Shown here one piece after another: positions 1 through 9,077 of a DNA stretch of 20,000 bases. The first letter of the stretch is position 1. The number at the start of each line of letters is the position of its first letter. A model generated the notes under the pieces. That model did not search any database. It was not told the DNA's origin and saw only the letters and a program-made list of their open reading frames with translations. This DNA is from Catajapyx aquilonaris. Its lineage: Eukaryota. The position numbers and the translations under genes were made by a program. The stretch lies in NCBI GenBank assembly GCA_000934665.2, contig KZ538479.1, forward strand, positions 47,501-67,500, read 5' to 3'.

Positions 1-1397
1 AGGTGTCTAGATTCGTGAGTAGGGATTTAAGGGAGTTTTTCGCACTTTACTTCCCCACCTCTCCATTTTGGGCTCTCCCCTACCCGCCTTCCCCCTTCCC
101 CCCTCCATCTTCTTTCCGGTCGCGTGATGATGGAGGGGGTGAAGAACGAGGTGCGATGGAGTGAAAAAGAGGGTCCGAGGTGCAATTTTGGCCCACTTGG
201 CCCCACCGCCAAATGTAATTGCTTTCTCCAGCATCCAGCTCCAACCGTCTCTCCCATAACGCCATACCCGTACAGCTTAGATTATGTCATAGCGCAATAC
301 CCATCCGACCTTTTGCCCGTTATATAACTGCACATGTAATTCCTGACATATTCCAAATGGCAGCGATGTTGCCACCTATTTGTGCTCGTGTTTACCTAAT
401 CTGTATTTGAATCCGAAAAACATGTGCTTATAGTCCCGACAGGAGTGCCAGTGTGCTTAGGGCCTTGTTAGTATTCCGCTCTTGGCAAAGCTTAATACCT
501 GCTGATGGTAAGGCAAGCCCGCACTTTTAATATCTCGTTTGCGAGCTGGGACAAGAGACACGCTTTGCAATGGACATGACGGGAACCAGAGATGAGGGCT
601 ACAAGAGAGGAAATGCTCTGAGGGAGGGGGAACTTCCCCTTAATGTTCCTCTATTCTCACGGTTTTTTGCTCCTCTCCTGCTCCATCACTTCTCTCATTG
701 ATTTCTTCTCCTTTTACATTTTTTTCCCCGATTTCATATTGCATGTCGTTATCATGCTTAAAAGACTCTGACAGACCACGTGCATTCTACAAGCCCCATT
801 GGCAGGCACAAAGTTGCAACTCACTTTTCAGGCAATAACATGGCCACTATAGGGTCGTAGATAATTCCACACGGTCCAGTACTCGGAGTAATTTACTATG
901 AATATTGCTCCGGACCAATTTCTATTCCCCTAAAAATTTCCGGTTTGATTTCATGGCATTACGTTCCCCTGGTGATACGGATTAATTACGTCCCTTTTAT
1001 GCAGGAGGCAAACTCGGGGAAAGCTTCCAAGTAGCAATTCAATCATGGAATTAATATGAGTGGGGCTTCCAAGTTTGACTGTTTGGCAGAAAACGCTAAT
1101 TTCGGACACGGATAAAAAAAAAGAGAGTCGGGGAGGCTTGAAATTAATCGAGATGGACGAGGAGATGGGGAGAAGGGGCATGGGGAGCAGGGAGAATCAA
1201 GTTGTCAGCAGGCGTATGAGCCGGAAGACACGTGCTCTTTTGGCCCAGATTGACTCACGGATGGCTGCAAAACTTGGACAATCCCGGTGGGATTTCGGAT
1301 CCGAGATTGAGTCCGGACCTTTGCAGTAATCCTGTAGCAGGCCGCCGATTAAAACTTCCCGATGCGACGTGTGCAATGCTGTTTGAATGCTGAAAAA

Positions 1398-1639
1398 CCT
1401 TGAGTTGCAAAAGGTCCCAAGTCCAACCACCTCAACTTTTCAGGAGAGACAAAAAACCGAAATTGATAAGTAATGATCGAAATGGGGGGGGNNNNNNNNG
1501 ATTTTCGTGATTTTTTCCCCCATGAATGAACATTTCGGACTCTCTTTCGTTCAAAATATGCGCCTTTCCCCGTACTACTCCCCATATGTGTAACTCTAAA
1601 TCGTCAAAATGTGGACTTGGGACCTTTGGATACTCAAGG
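1398..1639. mobile_element. MITE-like element bounded by 28-bp imperfect inverted repeats, with an internal assembly gap
   Basis: 1398-1425 ccttgagttgcaaaaggtcccaagtcca versus the reverse complement of 1612-1639 ccttgagtatccaaaggtcccaagtcca: 25/28 identical, inner 16 bp perfect. No TSD identified, so superfamily unassigned. Confidence 0.55.
1492..1499. other. Assembly gap (8 N) directly after a G run
   Basis: G8 at 1484-1491 is followed by N at 1492-1499. Confidence 0.95.
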
Positions 1640-2560
1640 CTTCAATTTCCAGCTCAGATCGAGTTTTTCCTCATCCAGGGTCGGGTAGTTCATACTTTGA
1701 TGTATTTTTGGAACACTCGGTACTATTGAAAGTGGAGTCGACTTGTGGTGTCCTGCAATGACCCGTAAAGTCCATCCCTGGTCCGTTTAAAGTCTGGGAA
1801 TGTCCGCCTGGCCCACTATATACCGCTGGAGCAGAATTGGATCCGAGGATGGGCTCGTTGTTTGTCAGAATAAAAGGGTCCAGGGGAAGACGGATGCTGG
1901 GGGGGAGGAGGGGGAAGGGAGTCAATCTCCTTTTGAAGAGATTAGCGCCTTTTTCCTTGGCGGGCTCATTGGGGCATCCCAGATGGAGGACCCCGCCTGG
2001 AGATAAGAGGATTTGCCTGTTTGTTCCCCCCGACTCCTCTCTCTGTATCACCACTTGGAACTACACAGCCCTGCCCCTATATACGGATTACAGCCTAAAG
2101 TGGAACCATACTGACTTGATCATACCAGTGGAACATGCACAGTTTTTAGTCGCAGGTACGCGACTTCTTTCGGCCTAATCTTGGCAAGGTGCGAGGGCTC
2201 AGCAGCAGGAGGTAGGGCTTAGCATCTCCCTTTCCATGAGGTAATGAAGGCGCCGATTTCATCACCTCGCCCTCTCGGCATTTACGTCCATTCGGAGCAT
2301 TCAAATGGAGACACGTTCGGACTGATTAATCCCAGGAACTAAGGCTCCCAATGCTGCCTAAAGTTTTGGCTAAGTGCGCTAAGTGGAGACATTAGGAGTC
2401 CAGGGAAAATGCGCTGAAAAATGGAACTATAGGGGGATTCGTCGGGATGACATAATGGGTGTTGGCAAAGTCTGGAGGGTAAGCCTGGGAAGGGCACAAG
2501 TAAAGTAGTAAGAGTAGCTTAGCTAAGTGAGACAAACGGAGGTATAGTCGTATGACGGGA

Positions 2561-2649
2561 TCCTGTTACGCACACAAAAAATCCCTACTCAGTTGACTAC
2601 CTTGGGTAGTCAACTGACAATGGAACTTTTCGTGTGTAGCCTAACAGGA
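2561..2649. repeat. 89-bp fold-back (hairpin) element, possibly a minimal MITE
   Basis: Perfect 13-bp stem tcagttgactacc (2589-2601) / ggtagtcaactga (2605-2617) with a 3-nt loop. Outer arms pair imperfectly: tcctgtta/taacagga and cacac..aaaa/tttt.gtgtg. Confidence 0.7.
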
Positions 2650-5166
2650 CGGACAAGGTGGAAAAATGTCTGGACTCGACATGTTCACCTTGGATTAAAG
2701 TTACTAAAATGATATTTTGGATGTTAAATAAAAACATTTACGCATGCACCCTGTATCCGCGCCAGTGGAGTTACCCCGATCTGCGTTATTAAAACCACCA
2801 TTGGTCCATGGCATTGCCAGGAAGATAATGAGAACGTACGTAATAAAGTCGTCTCGTTAATTTCGTCCCCTTTTCAAAAGAGGGAGCATTTTCTTCGCTC
2901 CAATTCAGGCAATATGAGAATCCCAGCACTCTGGACATAAATTGCATTCTGGTGGAGGTGGGGACGAGAAGGGATAGGAGGGGTTAGGGGAAAGAAGGAG
3001 GAGGTATGGGGGGGAGACCTTGTTCCTTGATTCTGTGAAGTATGAGAGCTCTTTAGATAGTAGAATTTTTGCTTAGTGTACAAGATGTTGAACATAGAAA
3101 TATTAGTTCTGAATGAACACCACCGGTTATTCATCTTTTGCATGCAGCAATATATTAATATTACTTATGTTGCAGGTTACATCAAGGGAACATACAAGCA
3201 TATTAATTATTACCTATCATCAATAGAATCTCTATGGTACAATTTGTAGAATGATAATATTGTAAAAGTATGCAACATTTGCCTGACAACTCAGCTTGTT
3301 GCCAATTTTGTCGGTTTTTCTCATAGGCCTATAAGTCATATCCATTGCTAATTATTCTGCTTCGCTTTTACAAATTCACAGCTTTGGACCAAAAACCGTA
3401 GTGCCAGTTGCAGTACTTATCCACATAGGACATTTCAACTCGAAACGGCAATCATCGACCTCTCAATGCATTCATGAAAAGAGTGCAAATCTCAGCACAG
3501 TCGCAATGTTCCCTTTAGTGGTCTTCCCCAGGATCATTTATAAGTGACAATCATCATAAACCTGCTTTACCGCCACCCGTAACTGAAATCGTAGAACAAA
3601 GGCAAATCCATTAGGTACTCTCATATCGCCCATAAGGAGCCAAATCACGTTGTAAAACAGCCGGAAATATGAGTCTCCCCGGACTTACGCATGAACGCAC
3701 TGTTTAATTTTGACCAAGGCTGTACACACGCACTCCACGCCACAGCATGATACCATTCCCGGAACACAATTAAGTTATGGGTTAACTTCGTTTAGACGTC
3801 ACTCTCCCTAATGCTAACTTAACTCAATTTGATGGCGACTCTGCAGAAGGGTAGGGGGGTTTGGAAAAAAATAGGGTGGTAGGGGGGAACAAATCCCAAA
3901 TTGGTAGCAGTTGTTTGCTCTTGATGGAGGAAATCCCAGGAAGGACCTAAATGAATATGATTAATTCCCACCTGTCTGCTCCGTGGGGAGGGTGACGTGA
4001 TTTTGAATGGTGTTGAGGGGGGATCCTCTCTGCTGCAGATGACGCGACTCACCATGCCATCTTCGAAGGCTCCGTTTTAGCTCCAAAAAGGCTGCCTATT
4101 TGGTGAAAATCAAGATTATGATTTTCCAGAATATTGAATATGGATTCTCGTGATCAACAAATGTAATATCTGGCAAATTTTTTTTGAAATTTCACGCTAC
4201 GAATTTGACCATTATAAAAACAGTTCAACCATGATGGTGATTATGCATTTTAATAATGATCAGAAATATTAGTTATTTCTAACCTTTGTATGATTTTGAT
4301 CAACTACAATATTTCACTTGAATTGCACGCCACGGAGTGCTTTTCATTTGCTTCACTACTTCAACATAGGGTTGCATCCCTGCGTACAACTTCGCTTCAG
4401 GATATCTCAGTCACATTTGATTTGCGAGATACAGAAATCCAGTCAACTGAATGGAGTAGGGGTGTAGGAGAGGACATCAGGGAGTAGGAAATTGAGGAAA
4501 TGAAATATACAGAGGGAGGCGGGGGTAGTTCCACCCTCCCCCTCCAGCTCCATAGCTTGCTTTCCAGCGAAATTGGAGGAGTCGGAAGCAGCGTTTCCGT
4601 CCTGTTAGTACACTGACAAAGGGAAGCCATTGAATTGGAATGGAGGATATTGTGCGATCTATTACAACGCATTCACCAGAATATTGAGCTCACTTTGCTG
4701 AATTATTTGTGGAAAACAAGTCCCCCCCCCAACCTCCACTCCTCTTTCGGCTGAATACCAAGCAAATTCCTATTAACATACGCAAATAACCATTAGGCCT
4801 ACTACCTACTTGACCATCCCCGGCTAAAACACAAACACGGAAAATGTTTCAAAGTCATTGACAGTTTGGTGTCAACGGATTTGTTCAGCAGTTTTCTTTC
4901 GGGTATCGCTAACCGTGTTCAAGAGTCATTATTAACGCTAGCAATTCTGTGCCAAGCAGACGCCCTTTTTCATGTGCGTAGGATGCACAACTACTGTATT
5001 AGGTGCCGTATGATGTCTGCATTGTATGTGTTTTGGAGAAAGGGGCTGTTATAATGTCGAAGGAAAATGTTTATGCTTGCTACTCCCTCAAGAATGCACC
5101 ATACATCTACACTAGAAGGAAATTATAATCAAGCAATTGTTAATTACATAACCTGCAGGATATTAA

Positions 5167-5495
5167 TTTTTTTTTGCATTACCTCATATCTACACATATA
5201 TGGGGGGTGGATTACCACCATCGGGATTATTTTTTGGAGCGAGTCAAGATTTAATCTTGTTAGTATGCTCCAAGGTAATTAGGAGGGGATGTGCAAAGTG
5301 CGTGTGCGCGGGCGAGTAGTGGTCATTTTGTGAACTCCCCCGCGTGGCTTAGTCTATCGGAAATTGCCACCCGAAACGAAGCCAGAGATGGCCCAACTCT
5401 GCACGAAAGAAGGTGGGAACCCCGGGTGGGGATTGAACCCGGGACCTTAACTTCCGTGGGCGCGCGCGTTACCGCGGCGCCACTCCGTCTCCCAA
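5167..5495 (-). mobile_element. tRNA-derived SINE-like element C, full length, with 11-bp TSD
   Basis: On the minus strand: A-box-like TGGCGCCGCGG (5482-5472), B box GGTTCAATCC (5439-5430), A9 tail (T9 at 5167-5175). Perfect direct repeat caggatattaa at 5156-5166 and 5496-5506. 3' region matches element A (17/20 over atggtggtaatccacccccc). No internal T4 in the transcribed strand. Confidence 0.85.
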
Positions 5496-6643
5496 CAGGA
5501 TATTAAATTAGATAGGAAAACAAAAAAATTAAAATACCGACTATTTGCTAACTTGCACCAAATGTGTACCAAAAGTTTTAGGCCAAGCCAAAGTACATAA
5601 GTACTTAAAGTTTTACAGACCTGAATTCTTCATATTTAAAAACTGGCTCAATCTGGCCCATGCCGTTGGCTAAATACAAGCGGTGTTTGGAGTGACATTC
5701 TTGGATTGACCTTTAATTTCAAGCTAATCAACGATTTAGCCCCCTACTCGTTGGAGAAACACAGTCCATCGCTTGAAGCAGCGCTAAACTACAGGCAGAT
5801 CATAACTGACAGTTAAAAGGGTTGGTGGAATCTGGCATTAACGGATTGTATCCTTCCAGGTTGAAAAGGTGGAATAGATCCCTGGTAAAAATCGATAATC
5901 GGCAAGGTCAATTCAAATTCTGTCCCATCGGACTGAAGGGGAGGAAGGGAGGAGAACCTACGTATATGCTAACAGGTTTCAAAAGATATTCAAACATCAG
6001 TGTAACTTGACACTGGTGCAGCATAGCGCGCGAAGTAGTTGAATATATTAACCATCCTACAAAACAATCTCAATGACCAATTCACCATGAGCAAGACCCC
6101 TCGACAAGGTTTAGGGAGTAAAAGGAACAAATTGTGTCCCAGCCCCCGTCTTTCCTCTGAAGTGAATAAACCTGTTCCATTTTTCTTGGCATTAAGGCTG
6201 TGACAGGGTCTGACGGAAGACTCTATTAGTCCCGCAGAGTAGAGAGGACTGAGGGAAGAGGATCCTTCCTTCCTTGGCTCCCAAATAAAGAGCCTCCGGG
6301 ACCGCTCCCAGGCAAATTGTAACAAATCCACTACGCCTAACCAGAACAGATTGTACCTTTTCATTTGTGTCTCTGACGAAAGAATGTCCACCCCACAGTC
6401 ATTTATATTGGCTTCTCAAAGTCAAGCTGCAACAATTAAGGAAAGGAAAAAGGCACTGGTACAATGCACGTGGGCGAACGACATTTAACCAACATTGACC
6501 TACAGTTGAAAACTTATGAACGAGTCGACTATCTGATTACAAACGAGTTACGAGTTTTCTGAACCTTCCCTAGCAACCATGGAGTTTTTTCTGTAGTCTC
6601 GTGTCATTGGGAATATTTAAGGCTTCTTCTTTCATTTGTGCAG

Positions 6644-6688
6644 GTATCGGGCAAAATGGGAGTGAAATCCCATTCGAGCGTGTGTGAG
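6644..6688 (+). CDS. Candidate 45-nt exon (VSGKMGVKSHSSVCE), possibly carrying a start codon at 6656
   Basis: Acceptor ttcttctttcatttgtgcag ends at 6643; donor GAG|gtaatt at 6689. Length is a multiple of 3 and only one frame is open. caaaATG at 6656. No homology recognised. Confidence 0.35.
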
Positions 6689-6947
6689 GTAATTCAATTA
6701 TTCCCAAAATACCACCTTTACGCTTTCGAGTTCGTGTACTCTAACTTTTGCCATTCATGCTCTCACTTGAAAGAAAAAAGTACGTAATAAGTAATCCAAA
6801 GCAATCACGACAGGCAGGAAATTTTCAGGTAACTTTGAGCAACATGCGTCACGAGAAAGAAGTTGATTACAAGTGGTGTTTGACAATAAGATGTCTAAAA
6901 AGTGTTTTCTCCCATACGGCATATTAATAAAATACCCACAAGACATT

Positions 6948-7065
6948 ATGGGTTGAATTTTCGTCCCACTACTACTTGTAGGTACTGCAAACGTAGCAGT
7001 GCCACTGCCAACACTGGTACTCCTAAGTTAGAAGTAACTAGCAGTGGGACAAAAATTCCACCCTA
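6948..7065. mobile_element. Short MITE-like element, same family as 8840-9126
   Basis: Left end gggttgaattttcgtcccacta pairs with right end cagtgggacaaaaattccaccc; TA dinucleotides lie at the flanks. 6994-7058 (tagcagtgccactgccaacactggtactcctaagttagaagtaactagcagtgggacaaaaatt..) aligns without gaps to 9053-9117 (tagcagtgccatggccaatcctggtactgataagttagcagtaactagcagcggaacgaaatt..). Exact ends uncertain by a few bases. Confidence 0.75.
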
Positions 7066-7262
7066 TAACTTTAACTACCACTTGGCAGACACTATGTCAA
7101 CCGAAGCATTTTTTTTCGAGAATAAATTGCTGCAGTCTTCAAAAACGATCAGGACCATGGTCACCTATTTTGCCATATCCAAAAGTTTCTGTCAGAGAAC
7201 CTAGTGACCTATAGACGAAAGAATATGTTTCCCGGAGAGAGTGCTCGAGAAAGGCGTACCAA

Positions 7263-7514
7263 GTTTGTTTGTAATACCCCGTGATAGGGAGGGAAGGGGA
7301 GGTTCCAAAGGGAGGGCTCTCTTAAGCAGTCATTTCTGACTCTCTTAAATACCAGATCTTTTCTCTTGGCCCTGGGTGGTGAATGGAGTGCAAGTCTGCC
7401 CGGACAAGTCGGGTGAAAAGCGGAAAAAGACCCGACCAAACGAAGGTGATGGGGACGGGATTTGAACCCCGGACTTACCGCCAGTATCTTAGCCACTAAA
7501 CCACCATTCCCCCC
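7263..7514 (-). mobile_element. tRNA-derived SINE-like element B
   Basis: On the minus strand: G-rich start, A-box-like TGGTTTAGTGG (7503-7493), B box GGTTCAAATCC (7468-7458). 3' end cctatcacggggtattacaaacaaac shares tatcaYggggta with element A (7877-7888). No TSD found, so the 3' boundary is inferred from the tail motif. Confidence 0.7.
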
Positions 7515-7552
7515 TCACTTACTGAAAATTATAATCTATTAAACTGGTCAGT

Positions 7553-7909
7553 GGGGAGGTGTGGTGGCCGAGATGGTAACGTCTCGGCTTGCTGAGTGAA
7601 AGGTCCCAGGTTCGATCCCCGCCTGGAAAACTTTCCTTTCACCTGCGTCAGGAGGGTCTCTGACCTGCACCAAGGAGGTGTCTGGCAACCTAACCTCCTG
7701 GGGGACAGCACATGACCCATGTTGTAGACATTGCACTTGCACCCCATGTTCCCTCCCCAAAAATCCCCATCCTTACCCCATGTCCTTTCATCCTTGCACC
7801 GGAGTTAGAATTTAAAAAATCAGAAAATTGAAGGAAAAATGGTGGTATTCCACTCTCCTATAAGGGTCTCTGGCCTTATCATGGGGTAACGTAAAAAAAT
7901 AAATAATAA
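7553..7909 (+). mobile_element. tRNA-derived SINE-like element A, full length, with 13-bp TSD
   Basis: A box TGGCCGAGATGG (7565-7576), B box GGTTCGATCC (7609-7618), tail aaaaaaataaataataa ending at 7909. Direct repeats taaactggtcagt (7540-7552) and taaactggccagt (7910-7922), 12/13 identical. No internal T4. Confidence 0.88.
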
Positions 7910-8900
7910 TAAACTGGCCAGTTCTTCAAATTCCTTGCAATGCTGACTTGTCACGTTGACACTCTAATCATTAGTTTTTTAAGCCAGATATTTAACCTCG
8001 TATAGTTCAAATATCTGACAGCGACAGAAAGTAACATTGTATCTCTGAATATGTTATTCCTCGGAAACTAATAGAACCATTCACTTCACCGCATCTTTAT
8101 CAACATCAGCAGGCGCAATCCATCACCTGGTTTCAGACTAGGATCGCTTTTAACCCTGGCAAGTCCATTCAAGGCCAGGCGGCCGATAGCCTGTTGGCCC
8201 ATCTCAGCGCTAGCTAAAAGAGTGTATCTCATCCTCTTTCTTCTTCCCCCTCCCCCACTATATAAAGACTAAGCTGATTAGAAGGCGGCGGGAGAATCTA
8301 AGTGGCTGCGACACGCGGACAATTTGCACATTCGATTTGGTGACATGATGTGATCCGCCTTGACTTTCCACTTCCCCTCTGCCCTTTTAACTTATATCTC
8401 TCTCGGATTACTGGGGGAATTGCCAGAAAGGGGAGGGAGAGAGGGGGGGGGGGGCAGAAAAAAGTTCTGAAACTTGACTCAAACCACGCACAGAAGCCAA
8501 ACCATCAAGAGCTAGTGGCCATTTCTAAGAGTGGATATTGAAAATCAAAGTCCATTCCGAAAGTTCGGATTTCAGGCCAATTTGATCCCATGTCATTTCG
8601 GCGGTATAAAATTGTCCTCAGTCCTGCTAATGTAAAATTCATGATGGCTGTATGTAGGACAGTTTTTTATTTTATTTTACAACGAGAGCTGCTGAAACAA
8701 TCCTCTTCCCAAACTGAAATTGTTCCAAGGTCATCTTATCCTAACCTTGGAGGCAACCCATGCGCCTCTCTTGACACACGGGTTACATTGCTTCCAGGGG
8801 CAAGACAGTGGGTGGAACCATGGCCACCTAGAGGTGGAACATGGGGTGAAATTTTCGTTCCACACTGCACTACACTGCTAGTTACTGCTGACTTAGAGCC

Positions 8901-9016
8901 GGTTTCATCAAGCCCTGTTTTGAATAAAACCCGGATTCTTTCGGAAAATCCCTGCAAATAGAATAGGGATTTTCCGAAACAACCGGGGTTTTATGAAAAC
9001 CGGGCGTGGTGAAACC
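8901..9016. repeat. Imperfect ~52-bp-arm inverted repeat inside the MITE
   Basis: Perfect inner 15-bp stem tttcggaaaatccct (8939-8953) / agggattttccgaaa (8965-8979) with an 11-nt loop; arms continue imperfectly out to ggtttca/tgaaacc. Confidence 0.9.
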
Positions 9017-9077
9017 AGGATTGGCCATGGCACTGCTAAGGGCCGCGGCCCTTAGCAGTGCCATGGCCAATCCTGGT
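9014..9077. repeat. 64-bp perfect palindrome with no spacer
   Basis: accaggattggccatggcactgctaagggccg|cggcccttagcagtgccatggccaatcctggt, centre between 9045 and 9046. Confidence 0.97.

Noticed and set aside
2747..2755. CACCCTGTA, a common Tc1/mariner-type MITE end
   Set aside because: No matching TACAGGGTG partner nearby.
3176..3236. Possible exon after ttatgttgcag reading YIKGTYKHINYYLSSIESL
   Set aside because: Weak donor and AT-rich, intron-like composition.
5415..7626. The three A/B-box segments as functional tRNA genes
   Set aside because: No convincing acceptor or anticodon stems by eye; each continues into a body and tail, and two have TSDs, which fits SINEs. tRNAscan-SE would be expected to score them low or as pseudogenes.
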